NCBI RefSeq assembly: GCF_902713615.1
Contig: NC_052160.1
Span: 110,030,708-110,094,707 of the forward strand
Direction of reading: 5' to 3'
Origin: Scyliorhinus canicula
Taxonomy: Eukaryota
DNA length: 64,000 nucleotides
Part shown: positions 1 through 14,181 of the stretch, in pieces
Layout of the letters: every line of letters begins with the position of its first letter
Numbering within the stretch: the stretch's first letter is position 1
Notes under the pieces: generated by a model
Database searches by the model: none
Told to the model about the DNA's origin: nothing
Seen by the model: the letters and a program-made list of their open reading frames with translations, nothing else
Position numbers and translations under genes: made by a program

Positions 1-2249
1 CATCATCAAGCTCCATCTGCAATTTTAACTTTAATTTGAGTGAACAAAAGCTATTGTGGCAATCCTACTAGGCGAGGTGGGTCCAGGAACATAAGATGCC
101 ATTTAAAGTAAGTTATTTGAACCTCGCACAATCACCTCCTGAAATCTCGCAAGGACCTGTTTATGGTTTCATCCTCCACATCTGATCCACATCTTCAGCA
201 TCAGGAATGGGACCAACTTTTATAAGTATGTTGTCGGCACCTCACCACCATCCATCTTGTTCAATTACCCCCAGCATTAATTAATGGCTCAGTCACAACT
301 TCATCCAATGAATATCAAGAAAAGGAAGCCATGAATTGCATCCTGTGAGGTTCCATCTCATTGGGCCATACAAAAAATGTAATTTGAGGCTGGTCCCCAG
401 AATATCCAGGTCCTGGCTGAGTTTGTATCTGTTTTAGCAGATTGTTACTGAGATCCCAGCCGATTGGTGAAGCCAAAACCAAGATACAAAGCTTTTTTTT
501 AATTGAGATAATTTATTGACTTTCTCAGCCTCAAGCTTTCCTCTCATTCTACCCAATGTCCCAGCTATCTCCAAGTCTTATGTGCGCAAAGACAATTACC
601 TGTTTCTCTTAATCTTCACAATTGACATTAGCAAACCTTAACAAAGTTATGGACACAGATTTGCACCGTAGTTAGAGCATTTCAGTCCCATGGTGTTTTC
701 CAGCCACTCCCTTGTAAGTTATCTGTAGTGAAATATTAATTCCATAGTTGGTATTTTGTCAACTTTTTGTTGAATTTGATCTCAGGATGGGAACTACTTT
801 AGACACTCTTTTCCAAACCTGCAACAAATGGATCACAAATGAACGTGAAGGCCCCAATATTTCCACAGAAGAGTGTAAGGTACATAGTTGCTGGAAAACC
901 CAGGAAAGCAGCCTTTGCAGATATCCTTTTTGATTTAAAGACATAACCTCATTCAACTGTTTTACCCGGCAGTCAGATTGACAGGTCTGTTGGCGGGAAA
1001 ACCAGTGCAGAAAAGCCACAGTCAGGGAGTTGGGGATGGTGTGAGGAGGGGACGGGGGGAATGGAGGGGAGTGGGGTGGGAGGGTTTGGGGGGCTGGGGA
1101 GGGGGCAGGGTGTGAGGGGTGCGGACAAGGAGATTGCAGGAGCAGGTTGAAGAGATTGTGGATATGACGGAGATTGTGGGAGGCATTGAAGAGCTAATGA
1201 ATCAGGTTGAGTCCAGAGCAGGTTCAACAGATTGTCGGTCACACTCTAGCTCCTCTCACACTTGTCACAGAAGGTTACAATGCCCACCAGGGTCTCTGTG
1301 ATATCACAAAATATGTATGCAGTTATATCAGTAGTTCTCATTCTTGTGTGTATTAGAAGAGTTCAGGGTTACATCCTCTCTTTAAGATTCTGCCAATATT
1401 ATTGACGAATTTAATCATTCCATTTTTTAATAATTACTTTTAATTGTGTTCAGAGGATTAAGCAACCCCTGCATAATTCTTCATAATGGATCTTCTTCTT
1501 TTGTTGCTTTTTAAATATTAATTGAATTTCATTTCAATTATCTATTGACTCATGGACCATATAATGATTTTTGGTTGGGTGGGTGTGTTTATAGGTTTGA
1601 TGATTTAGTAACAATATTAATAAATTGGTCACTTTCTTTCCCATACTTTATTACCTCTGTTCTGTTCTTGTTGGAACACAGGCAATATAAAAAGATCTTA
1701 AAAATCAATTAGTTCTGGATGTTCATATGTAGCACATCAATATAATTCCTAACTAGATTCCAGTCCGATGCTTTAATAGGAAGTCCCCTGTCTCTCGCAC
1801 AGCATGGAATGGCCTAAAATGAAACAACTAAAAAGTGCGGAATTTTTTTCACAAGTCTGTGGTGTCATGTTATTGGAAGGAACCAATTCAGATATTCTGA
1901 AAATACCAGCGTGGAGCTGATTCGAGTGGACCTCTTAAGTAAAGTGAAATGTATCAATCTGTAAGGGGAGCTCTATTATATTATGCATTATATACATTGA
2001 TCACTGGGGCCTTCTACTGACAAATACCCAACACTGCAGCAGCAAAGGACTAAAACTTACAAAATGCTAGGTGCTAAATTGCGATTGTACCAACTGAGGG
2101 ACAGCAGGACGAGATGCTGACATCAGCATTCTGATAACAGTAGGGGAAAACAAGCTGTCCAAATCCTGACTGCAATAATTCATATTCCACAGGCAAAGGG
2201 GTTGGAAGGTTATGCAGAAATGAGTGTTGGGTATCACAAAGGCAAGAAA

Positions 2250-2306
2250 TAAGAAAGAGAGAAAGAGAGAGAGAACGAGAGAGAGAGAGTGAAAGAGTAT
2301 AGAGAG
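2250..2306. repeat. (GA)n-rich microsatellite
   Basis: Directly visible in the sequence. Confidence 0.85.
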
Positions 2307-3944
2307 AATTGAAATGGGGCAAGAATCGTGTTAGGGACAATGGGGCTGATAAGGACAGGGGTGTGAAAGGAGAAATGGAGAATGGGGCCAGAAGATAACA
2401 GAGACCACATGCAGCAACAAAATACAATGCATCCACTTCGAATGCAATGGAGGCCTCCCTGTTGCGGTGACGGGTACAAATGTCATATTGTGCCAGCGTA
2501 CTTTCAGTTAAGCCATTACGTTGATTTTGTTTCACGGTAGGTGATGGTGTTACTGAATTTTGTTGTGACCCTCGCTGCCTTACTGAGGGTTCCAAAATGG
2601 TCCTCAACAACTCTGTGTGAGTGTGATGTTTTGACTACTGCCTTTCATGCTTTGGGATCTACTTTGAAGAACGATGGAAAACAACTTCTGAGACTTTTGG
2701 CATCTTTCAGAGCTTGCAGAGTGAAACCAGTACCATCAACACTGCCCAGTTAGCACTGATGATGCCCAGAAACTTGTGGAACAGGCAAATCTGTATCCAT
2801 CTTCATGATGCCATTCTAACTCTTGACAATAACTCGTGCCTTTGAGCTAGTCTTCCCAGATGCCTACTCATGTAGGTCTCAAGATAAGGAAGCAGACTTT
2901 TCATGCCCTCCAGTGCTGTCAAATTCTACCATGGTACAGATGCTCTGAGGCTAATGATACCATAGCAAAGCCTGGCATCTGTGCTGTACCCTCAAGTATC
3001 ACCTTCAGACAGCACCGGGAGAGGTTTGAGAGAAGTAATAAAAAACAACAGGGGTCGGCACAATGGTCAAAGGAAGCAATTGCTGTAAATATATATGCAT
3101 GCAGAATGGGGATGCTTTGGGATATGAAGTGCAGTGCTCCAAACTTAATCTTTTCTTCATGCTTTTGAGTTTTCTAAGGATACAGAGCTCAGTCCATGCT
3201 TTATCACAGAACTGTTGCCTCCTTCAGTAGATATCTTCTGAGACATAATTGAAAGAATGGCACGGTCTATCGGTTGGCTTATTTGCGCTTCTCCTGCAAG
3301 TCTTTCTCATTGCACATTCCCCCCACCCCTGCTTGACCTCTTGGTCAGAATATAGTTTCTGGGGTTTCCAATCTGATGGAGAGTCGAGTGTGGGGCAAAA
3401 AAGCGGCATTAGTGCCCATCCGATACTCTAGTCTCCTGCCGCCGCTGGCAGGGAGCTACACGTCCGCACCAGCTGGAGATTACAAATGGGTCATTTGAAC
3501 CCATTTGCATTTGATTAATAGACTGGAAGCCCAATTGCCCATACCCCCCATTCTGCTCTGACAATTTGTCCAGGACTCACCTGGCATTGTTTGGTGCAAG
3601 TATTTTCAATCATGGCCCTGACACGCTAGACCCAGCGGTGGTCAAGGGGGTATGTATTTAACATATGTCCCTCTAAAGTCCAATAGAGGGTCCCCTCCCC
3701 CCATAATAAAAATCCTGCTTACCCCATCCCCAGAACCACTCCATCAGACCGCATATCAGAGACCATCAGATTCCAATCAGTGGCTCCTATATCAGGGGCC
3801 CAATATAGCACTCCCATATCACAGACCCCCATATCAGAGACCCACCCCTACCCCACCAGTCACCTGTGCCAAGAAACTAAAGAGCAGGCCAGGCATAAAG
3901 AGTGAAAAATCATTGCTTTTTCACTTACCAACCCCTCACACCTG

Positions 3945-4114
3945 GGGCGGAATTCTCCGCTTGAGGTATTCTACATTTTGCCAGTGCCTGGGGGTTTCCC
4001 GATGGAATGGGGCCACCCCATAGTGGGAAACCCCATTGACCAGCCGGCATAACGCAGAATCCCACTGAGGCGTTGAGGGAGAAATGTGTTGCAGCGGGGC
4101 AGAGAATCCAGCCC
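3945..4114. mobile_element. Short Harbinger-type MITE
   Basis: TIR GGGCGGAATTCTC / GAGAATCCAGCCC; 3-bp TSD CTG. Confidence 0.8.
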
Positions 4115-5062
4115 CTGCTGTCTCAGACAGAAGTGTTGAAAACAGCAGTTATTATTTCATAGAAAGCGAAAACACACAAGCATTTAACCCCCTCAGATAC
4201 TTTGATCTGCAAGGCTCCTATTCACTTTCACAGAGGAATATATTTTAGTAGACTTTAATTAACAGGATAATATCTTCTCGACAGTCAGATGTCTGGATTG
4301 TTTATTTCCATTGCACTTCACGCTTGAATGCATATCAAGTACCCTTGTTTAAAGCTAACCACAATATTTATAAATATCTAGCTGTGATTGGCAGGTCCTC
4401 ACCACATCAAAAGTTCTTAAGTGCTTTCTGCTAAGCAAAAGAATAAGTAAAAGCAGTGAATTTCCTGAGACATTCCCTGCACCACTGTAACAGCTTCAGT
4501 GTAGCATTGGCGAAAGGCTTGCTAACATATCTAAACAGGGTTTCTGTCGCATCTCTGCTGATGTTACAGTGGTGGAGTGGGAGAATCAATGAGGAAATTC
4601 ACCCCCAATGTTTCAGTGCAGTCATTATAAGAACAAGTGTCTTCTCTTTCATGAGAGACAGATTATGCCGCTTTCAAACAATCGCTCGAAGTGTCGGCAA
4701 TGTAGTCAGTAGGAATGCTAATGCTTTGATTCTCGTTAATTGGAAAATTGCTTTTTGCTTGGGCAACCTCTGTTGATGGGTTTGTTGCATGGTGAACCGG
4801 GTTTCATTGCACAAGAATGTTTTCTTTCAACTGTAATTGAGTCCAAAATGGCTGGGAAGTTAAGACAATCCTATTTAAATGTCATTTGGGCAATATTACA
4901 GAGCATTACATTGGAAAGAATTAATTCTTACAGTTTCACAATAAAGACAAAAGAAAGTGCCCAAACACAAGCAATTTGTCAATTAATACAAATCAAAGTC
5001 TGAGTATCCATGTTGACTTTAGTGATACAAATGTACAAATATATGACTGAAGAATGGTTACA

Positions 5063-5410
5063 ATAGAACATAGAACAGTACAGCACAGAACAGGCCCTTC
5101 GGCCCTCGATGTTGTGCCGAGCAATGATCACCCTACTCAAACCCACGTATCCACCCTATACCCGTAACCCAACCCCCCCCCCCCCCCCTAACCTTACTTT
5201 TTAGGACACTACGGGCAATTTATCATGGCCAATCCACCTAACCCGCACATCTTTGGACTGTGGGAGGAAACCGGAGCACCCGGAGGAAACCCACGCACAC
5301 ACGGGGAGGACGTGCAGACTACGCACAGACAGTGACGCAGCCGGGAACCGAACCTGGGACCCTGGAGCTGTGAAGCATTTATGTTAACCACCATGCTACC
5401 GTGCTGCCCC
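5063..5410 (-). mobile_element. tRNA-derived V-SINE (HE1-like) with CR1-type tail
   Basis: A/B-box head, V-domain GCGTGGGTTTCCTCCGGGTGCTCCGGTTTCCTCCCACA, (TTCTATG)n tail; near-identical to 55393-55740. Confidence 0.92.
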
Positions 5411-5484
5411 AATCATACAATCAGTGGGAAAAATGGCAAATTACTGAACAGTTTCAATCAGAGATGAAGAGCTGTAATTTCTTC

Positions 5485-6260
5485 ATAAATAAAAACATTG
5501 AAAATACTTAGCTGCTCTGTTAACATCCATAGAAAGAGGAAAATAGCTAACCTCTCGGGTCAATGATCTGTCATCACTACCCAAAGGTCTTTGACCTGAA
5601 AAGTTGGGGAAAATCTTTCTGTCCCAGGGGTGCAGGAATGGAGATAGGGGGCTTGAAAAGTGAGGAGCTACGTCAAGATGACTCACTGGCATTTTACTAG
5701 TAGCGAAGGGACCCCATACTATGTGTTGAGACTGCCAACTCAATAGAGGCACCGTCATAGGTAGCCTGGCATATCATGGGAGCCAAGAGACTCCATCTTC
5801 CATAGAAGGGGTCAGCTGAAGGCCGCACCTGAGGCCCAAATAATGCTACTGGAGGAGTTCCCCCTCTAGTTGGAGGGGCCTACCTGCTTGGCCTCTCTTA
5901 AAAAAAGTCAAGTATTTTCATCCTCCCAGGGCATCTGACTGTTGACATGTCCTTATGTTTTTCTACCTACCTCAGCAGCATCCACCTCTCTTGGTGTAGT
6001 TGCTGAAGCAGAGTTGCGGGACCTGTGATAGGGCTAGCAGCATCAGAAGCTTGCTCACCATCCTTAATGGGATGGTGAGGTCGAAGGTAGGACCCCCATT
6101 TAATCCCAATGTCAGGGCCGCAAAGCCTGAGGGAAAATTCTGTCCATTAACTCTGTTCCTCTCTCGACATATATTGCCGGGTCTGCTGAGTAATTTCAGC
6201 ATTTTCTGTTTTTATTTCAGATTTCCAGCATCTCCAATATTTTACTTTTGTTCTTTTATT
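5485..6260. mobile_element. Old Penelope-pLTR-like palindromic remnant interrupted by a Harbinger-like insert (~5607-6145)
   Basis: The left arm AAAACATTGAAAATACTTAGC is inverted relative to GCTGAGTAATTTCAGCATTTT; degenerate AAGGTC..GACCTGAAA core. Confidence 0.45.
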
Positions 6261-6397
6261 TTTCATTTATCATCACTGACTCTGATGCGATAGTTAATTC
6301 ATCAATCTGCGTGCTAAGTGTACAAAACTGATTCTCTCTCAAAATCATGCGATTATAACTAGTATTGAACGGATTTCTGTATTTTCAACACTGATAT

Positions 6398-6605
6398 ATT
6401 TTTTAAAAATTAATTTAGAATATTCAATTAATTTTTACAATTAAGGGGCAATTTAATGTTACCAATCTATATACCCTGCACATCTTTGGGCTGTGGGGGC
6501 GAAACCCACGCAGACACGGGGAGAATGTGCAAACTCCACACAGACAGTGACCCAGAGCCGGGTTCGAATCTGGGACCTCGGCGCCATGAGGCAGCAGTGC
6601 TGCCC
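6398..6605 (-). mobile_element. Short A-tailed V-SINE subfamily
   Basis: Deleted V-domain, A-rich tail, 13-bp TSD with one mismatch. Confidence 0.88.
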
Positions 6606-6629
6606 TCAACACAGATATCTGGACCAATA

Positions 6630-7140
6630 TTAGAACCACAGATATGATGCAACACAAAAGGGGCCATTCAGCCCATCTTGTCCATGCCGACCCAAAGACA
6701 CCCAGATTCCCTTTCTAATCCCACCTTCCTGCACCCAGTCCATAGTCCTGCAGCCTACTCAAGGTGCAGATCCAGGTACTTGTTAAAAGAGTTCAAGGTC
6801 ACTGTCTCCACCACCAACTAGAGCAGTGAATTCCAGACATCCACCACACTCTGGATAAAAACATTTTTCCTAATGCCCCCTCTAATCCTCCTGCCCCTTA
6901 GCTTGAATGTATGGCCCCTAGTTTTTGAACTCTCTGCCAAGGGAAACAGGTCCCTCCTGTCTACTCTACCCTTCATAATTCTGTATACCTCAATCATGTC
7001 ACCCCTCAGCCTTCTCTGTTCCAACCCCAACCTCTCTAATCCCTCCTCGTAGCTACAATTCTCCAACCCTGGCAACATTCTGGTAAATCTTCTCTGCACT
7101 CTCTCCAGAACAATTACCTCCTCACTGGAATATGGTGACC
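6630..7140 (-). mobile_element. CR1 3' fragment
   Basis: LERVQRRFTRMLPGL...RRLRGDMIEVY...VWNSL. Confidence 0.9.
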
Positions 7141-7839
7141 CCTTGTGCGGACACATAAGAAAATTTAAATGTGTGGAGCATTGAAAGAAAACAATCATGA
7201 ACAAGCACATTTTGCAGGTAATATCAATCTACACCAAGGGTGTTCTACCCTGCTGATTATGGTCCAGATTTTTGTTTGAATGGGATATCTCACAATGTGC
7301 CCTGTTTGTTGGACATTTTTCAGACATCAATTTTCTTTTTGCACCATAACTTGCTGACATGCAGCTGATAACAGCTGGCGAAGCCAACTGGGCATCTGCG
7401 ACCTGAGTCAACAGTGGGACCACTTGTCCATCTCGTTACCCAATGAGATTTCAGAGTGGAAAAATAGAGAAAAAAATGAGACAGAAAAGAAAATTAAGAA
7501 CCTTGATATTTTTTAAATCTCTAATAACTACTGACTACATGCAGGAATGAGATTGAACATTTTAAATTATTCCTATTCTGGGTTTAGAGGCGTGTTTGAA
7601 TTGTGTTAACAATGATCACATTATTAAAAGGGTACTTAATTACATATTTAGCTTCCTGATGTAAGTTCAATGGACAACCCATGTGCAAATCTGGCGAGAT
7701 CATGAAAGTAACAGTATTTATGTGAAGCAAAGCTCAGTGGCATAAATCAACCAGAATGTTCTGGACATCCGCAACTCGTGGCATTTTCTGGCAAATTAGC
7801 ATTTTGATACCGACATGGATCATGGATGCGGCAGGTAGA

Positions 7840-9280
7840 ATCTTACCAGAATTTGGCAAAGTGTCAGGCTCAGACTGAAAACTGGCATGTAACTCTCCAG
7901 TTGCACAGATATCCAGGGCGGTATTCTCTCCCCCCCCACCCCCAGCTGGGTGGGAGAATCGCCGGGGCGCCGCGCACATCGGGCCATGCCGCCCGGACCC
8001 CCGCACACGATTCTCCCACGCCCCCCCGAAACCAGCGCCGCGTGAATTGCGCCAGGCCGCTCAGAGAATCGCCGCAAACGGCGATTCTCCGGCCCGGATG
8101 GGCCAAGCAGCCGATGTTAACGGCCTATTCCCACCGGCGCCGTCCACACCTGGTCGCTGCCGGCGAGTACTCATCGCGAAGGCTTGGGGGGGCGGCCTGT
8201 GGGGGACGGGGGGGGGGGGGGGCTCCGTTCCTGAGGGGGGCCTCCGGAGTGGCCTGGTCTGCAATTGGGACCAACCGATCGGTGGGCCGGCCTCTCTGTC
8301 GGTGGCCTCCTTTCTTCCGCTGGCGAGCCTGGATCCATCCGCCATGTTTGTGCGGGGCGGGGGAGGACGGTCACCGCACATGCGCTAGTTGGTGTCGGCA
8401 CAACTGTGCATGCACAGGACCCAAGACGCCGCGTCTTTTATGTGGCGCTGGGTCTCTGACGCCGCGCCAAGGTCCCGCCCCCGTAAATCGCGTGACGCCC
8501 CTGCTAGGCCCACGGAAGGGGGAGAATAGGGGTCTGGGAATAGGCGCCGACGCCGGAGTAAAACACTCCGGTTTTTACTCCGCCGTCGGCACTTAGACTC
8601 CCGTTGGGAGAATCCCGCCCCCAGTTCTCTCTCCAGATATTGAACCCCATTCAAGAATAAAATAAGTGGGCATGGTTTACTCTGGAGGAGGGGATTGTTG
8701 ATAGAACCAGCAAATCATTCCACAGGGATCGCGCGCTATCTTTCAAGGGTGCCTCGATCAGCACTGAGACCAAATGGCCCCCAGTCCCTCCAATCAGGAG
8801 CTCCCTCACCCTGTTCGACAATCATCGTCGGCATTCCCCTCCCCATCCCCAAGAATCATTGCTGGCATCCCGTCCCGCTCCCCACCTCATCACCACCGTG
8901 GAAGCATCGCCCAAAATCCCCCCACTCAGTGCCAAGCTGGCATTGCCAAACTGTGGCTGTGCCCTACGGAGGGATCCCTTCGACTGATTCTCATTTGGCC
9001 AAACCTGTTGTAAACCTCGCCAACGTGAATATTTAGTGAAGGGTGATCATGTTCTGTGATGCCCATTAATAATATTCAAGTGCATTACTATCTATTCAAA
9101 TGAGGCTCACACCCATTTTGGTGCGTTGGTGTGCACCTTGTGATGTCGCCAGCAAGGGACGGGGAAAATAGGGAAACAGGATCTTTCTGGAGAGAATCCC
9201 GTTTCCCGATTGTCTTTGGATTTTCCGCACCCATATCCGATCCTGTGCACGGCCAGTGCAGGCTAAAAATCACCGCCGAT
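7840..9280. mobile_element. Older non-autonomous, probably Harbinger-derived element
   Basis: Both arms resemble the copy at 43085-44680. Confidence 0.55.
7916..8620. mobile_element. GC-rich Harbinger-type MITE nested in an older element
   Basis: TIR GGGCGGTATTCTC / GAGAATCCCGCCC; 3-bp TSD CCA. Confidence 0.85.
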
Positions 9281-11194
9281 GTTACTTTTCCAGAAAGATC
9301 CAGCCTCATGGCAAACTCTGTTAACAAAGTTATTTGTAAGAACTGTATGCTCCCTTTATCCATTAAAATCATTCCCCTCCCCATCCCCAAGAATAGCCTT
9401 TGACTATCTATTTTCTCAATAAAATACCTTGGCCCTGAAATTATGCCGCATGCATATTTGGCATGCTCATTTGAAAATGCACTTTCTTCTACTTTCACAG
9501 GCACATTTGTCAACGTCTTATCAATGCTGACCCAGCCAGCGACGCCTACATCCCTTGAATGAATAACAAATTTCACATTGTTCAGGTTTGTTACATTGTT
9601 AAGGTTACGATAGACAGGCGATGGGTATTAATTGTATTTAAGCACATCTAAGTACAGCAGAGCTGGGACATTGGTTTGTGTGGGAAGCGAGCTGTGAGAC
9701 TGAACAAGAAACCCTTTCAACAAAGAAAAATTATTGTTTTCTGCGTCACCAACCGGTTTAGATCCTGTTAAAAGCATTAGCCTGTTTGAAATAAATAATT
9801 TCTTCAGAAAGCTAACTTATTTTCCACAGCATAAGTTCAAGGATTTCAAAACAAAATACCAACTATTATTACGACATTCTGAAGCTGTTAATAAGATTTC
9901 AGCATCTAATTATCCATGCATTAAAGATTCATAATTTGCCTCAGTGCTAACTTCTGTCCTTTGACGTGAATCCATGCCCCTTAGCAAGTGGTTAGGAGAC
10001 AGACTAACGATTGAGTTATGGCAGGAGTTGGATGTGAAAGTTAATTAAGAATGAAATTTATGCTCAGATCAAAACTGGTTGTGCATTACACCCATTTTTC
10101 AGGTATAAAATGGACAGATTGGGCAGAAGTTTGGCAATGAGACACCAATTCCTAATGTGTGTATCGATTCAGCACATCACTAAACTCATAAGGCCTATTT
10201 TTCTGGTGCTGAGTAACTTGTATTTTTAAATGTTTAATGACCTCTGAGAGACAATTCAGGGTGAGTTCAGTATGCATATGGCCTGCCCCAGTAATAATTC
10301 TCCAGCTGTTCTTGTGGGAACAAACAAGTGGCACTTTTTTTCTAAATCTTTTCAAATTATAAAAAGCCGTACTTCAGAGTCAAGTGAAGGAGTTCTGTCT
10401 GACTCTGTGTGGTCACTTGGAACCCTACCCACATCACCCCTCCCCCATGCTACCCCCATCCATCACACCTCCCCCAATCCCATAGCCCACTTCAATCTCC
10501 CCCATAAGATTTACCCAAAGGAAACTGTAGGCAAGGCAGCTGGTCTGGAATTGGATTGGCCCTTTGGGTGTGTTGTCTCTGGAGATGTCCCCTGTGCTAC
10601 CAGCTGTGTGTATCGGAAAACAAATCTGAGCATGGACCCAGCCTGAAATCTGCCCCTCCGCATGAGGTTAGGACTACATCATGGAACCTTCATCATTTCA
10701 CTTTGACATAGGTGGTACGATTAACTAATGGGCAGAGATTCCTTTCCAGGTTTATAATCTGGATGACTTCTTAACCTTAAAGTGTGACTTAAAGAAAGAC
10801 ATCAAGCAAATTTGAAGAAAAAAATTGAAAGGTACCTGCAGAATGCTATTTCAGACAAACTGCAAGTTTCTTCTACATTTTGAACTCTGATTAAAACCTG
10901 ACACAACCTCAAACCTTAACATACTGCAATAAGAGTAGGTTATTGAACCCTTTCAGCCTGTTCCACTATTTAATCTCATCATGGCTGCTCTGTGCCTCAG
11001 CTCCATTTACCTGCCTTTGTTCCATATCCCTTGATATTTTTATCTCATAGAAATCTATCAATTCCGGTCAGGAAAATTTCAATTGACTCAGCATTCAGCC
11101 TTTTGGGACTAGGTTCCAGACGTCCTTTCCCTGCATAAGAAAAAATGATTCCTGATTTCACTTCTAAAAGGCCCAGCTCTACTTTTAAGATTAT

Positions 11195-11368
11195 GGCAGG
11201 CAGTGTATCTCAGCCCGCGGGTTTCGGGATGGCCTGGAGGGGAGTGGTTTCAATGGGAAATCCCATTAACAAGGGGCAGGAAGATAGAATTCCGCTGCCA
11301 GCGAATGGCGCGCTGCCGAGAAACACATGGCTGGGGGGGGAGGGGAGGGGCAGCACAGACTCCCGCCC
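11195..11368. mobile_element. Short Harbinger-type MITE inside a CR1 3' fragment (~10925-11420, minus)
   Basis: Core AATGGGAAATCCCATT shared with other short MITEs; ends CTCCCGCCC; probable TAT TSD. Confidence 0.65.
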
Positions 11369-12280
11369 TATGTCATTTGCTCTGCATTCTCCCAAAGGCC
11401 ATTTCCATACCTATTCTGGAATTCAATGTCAAAAACGCTAAGTGACAGAGAAACCCAAAGAAACATCCCAATGTTTGGATGGCGTCCGTGCATGGCCTGC
11501 CTCACATAGGGGAAATTATTTCAATAACCAACATCTCGATGAGGTGGAGATTGAGTCACCATAGCATACGTACATTACAGCTACACCAACTGCTTAAGTA
11601 ATAAGTTGAAAACACATACCACAAATGGATCATTAAAATACACCGGGTGATTATTATCTCCATTGTGTCATAGATACATAGAAGATAGGAGCAGGAGACG
11701 GCCTTTTGGCCCTTCGAGCCTGCTCCGCCATTCATCACGATCATGGCTGATCATCCAACTCAGTAGCTAATCCTGCTTTCTCCCCATAGCCTTTGATCCC
11801 ATTCTCCCCAAGTGCTATATCCAACCGCCTCTTGAATATATTCAAAGTTTTAGCATCAACTACTTCCTGTGGTAATGAATTCCACAGGCTCACCACTTTG
11901 TGTGAAGAAGTATCTCCTTATCTCTGTCCGAAATGGTTCACCCAGAATCCTCAGGCTGTGACCCCTAGTTCTGGACACACCTATCATTGGTAACATCTTC
12001 CCTGCATCTACCCTGTCTAGTCCTGTTAGAATTTTATAAGTCTCTATGAGATCGCCCTCATTCTTCTGAACTCCAGCGAGAACAATCCCAACTTAGTCAA
12101 TCTCTCCTCATATGACAGTCCCGCCATCCCTGGAATCAGTCTGGTAAACCTTCACTGCACTCCCTAGAGAGCAGGAACATCCTTCCTCAGAGAAGGAGAC
12201 CAAAACTGCACAGAATACTCCAAATGTGGACTCACCAAGGCACTGTACAATTGCTGAAACACATCCCTGCTTCTATACCA

Positions 12281-12643
12281 TGCGGCAGCACAGTAGCATT
12301 GTGGATAGCACAATTGCTTCACAGCTCCAGGGTCCCAGGTTCGATTCCAGCTTGGGTCACTGTCTGTGCGGAGTCTGCACATCCTCCCCATGTGTGCGTG
12401 TGTTTCCTCCGGATGCTCCGGTTTCCTCCCACAGTCCAAAGATGTGCAGGTTGGGTGGATTGGCCATGATAAATTGCGCTTAGTGTCCAAAATTGCCCTT
12501 AGTGTTGGGTGGGGTTACTGGGTTATGGGGATAGGGTGGAAGTGTTGACCTTGGGTAGGGTGCTCTTTCCAAGAGCCGGTGCAGACTCGATGGGCCGAAT
12601 GGCCTCCTTCTGCACTGTAAATTCTATGATAACATTCTATGAT
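12281..12643 (+). mobile_element. V-SINE inserted in CR1
   Basis: tRNA head GGTTCGATTCC, V-domain, TTCTATG tail. Confidence 0.92.
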
Positions 12644-13957
12644 ACTCAAAACCTCTTGTAATGAAGACCAACATACCATTGGCCTTCTTGAGCGCCTGCT
12701 GTCTCTGCATGCTTTCTTTCAGCGAATGGTGCACAAGGATACCCAGGTCACGCTGCACACTCCCCTCTCCCAATTTACAACCATTCAGGTAGTAATCTGC
12801 CTTCCTGTTTTTACTTCCAAAATGAATAACCTCACACTTACCTAAATTATACTGCATCTGCCATTGGTTTGCCCACTCGCCTAACCTATCCAGATCTTGC
12901 TGCAGGATTACTGCATCCTCGTAACAATGCACCCTCCCACCTAATTTTGTATCATCTGCAAACTTTGAGATGTTGCATTTTGTTCCCTCATCCAAATCAT
13001 TAATATATATTGTGAATAGCTGGGGTCCCAGCATTGATCCCTGTGGTACCCCACTGGTTACTGCCTGCCAATTTGAAAAGGATCCATTAATCCTGACTCT
13101 TTGTTTCCTCTCTGCCAATCAGTTTTCTATCCACCTCAATACATTTTCCCCAATCCCATGTGCTTTAATTTTGCACAATAATCTCTTATGCGGGACTTTG
13201 TCAAATGGGCCTTCTGAAAGTCCAAATATACCACATCAACTGGCTCCCCCTTGTCGACTGTACTGGTTACCTCTTCAAAGAATTCCAACAGATTTGTCAA
13301 GCATGATTTTCCCTTCATAAATCCATGCTGACTCTGACTAATCCTGCCGCTGCTTTCTAAATGTTCCGCTATAAAGTCCTTGATAGTGGATTTAACCATT
13401 TCCCCCACTACCGATGTTAGACTTACTGGTCTATAATTCCCTGCTTTCTCTCTACCTCTCTTTTTGAATATCAGAGTGATGTGAGCTACACTCCAATTTT
13501 CTGGGACAGTTCCAGAGTCTATAGAATCCCAGAAGATGACCACCAATGCATCCACTATTTCCAGAGCCACCTCCTTGCACACTCTGGCAGATTCTCAGGC
13601 CCTTGGGGATTTACCCGCCTTCAATCCCATCAGTTTTCCCAGCACCATTTCTCTGCTAATGTTGATCTCCCTCAGTTCTTCCCTCACACTAAACCTTTCA
13701 TTCTCCCACATTTCTGGGATCTGATTTGTGTCCTCATTTGTGAAGACAGAATCAAAGTACATATTTAATTGCTCAGCCATTTCTTTGACCCTTATTATGC
13801 ATTACCCTGTTTCTGTCTGTAGGGGGCCTACATTTCTCTTCACCAATCTCTTTCTCTTCACATAGCTGTAGAAACTCTTAGTGTCAGTCTTTATGTTCCC
13901 TGCAAGCTTCTTTTTGTACTGTGCTTTCTCCTTCTTAATCAATCCCTTCATCCTCTT

Positions 13958-14181
13958 TTTAAAAAAAATTTAGAGTACCCAATTATTTTTTCCAATTAAA
14001 GGGCAATTTAGCGTGGCCTATCCACCTATCCTGCACATTTTTTGGGTTGTGGGGGTGAAACCCACGAAGACACGGGGAGAATGTGCAAACTCCTCACAGA
14101 CAGTGACCCAGAGCCGGGATTCGAACCCGGGTCCTCAGCACCGTGGGCAGCAATGCTAACCACTGTGCCACCGTGCTGCCC
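13958..14181 (-). mobile_element. Short A-tailed V-SINE inserted in CR1
   Basis: TSD CCCTTCATCCT(C)TTTT. Confidence 0.9.

Noticed and set aside
640..830. Possible terminal exon on the minus strand after TTTGTTGCAG
   Set aside because: Short, no recognisable protein, no partner exons identified.
2074..2610. 178-aa ORF
   Set aside because: Runs through a (CT)n microsatellite and has no domain similarity I can recognise.
5340..5410. tRNA-like sequences at SINE heads
   Set aside because: They continue into SINE bodies and lack a full cloverleaf, so they are not tRNA genes.
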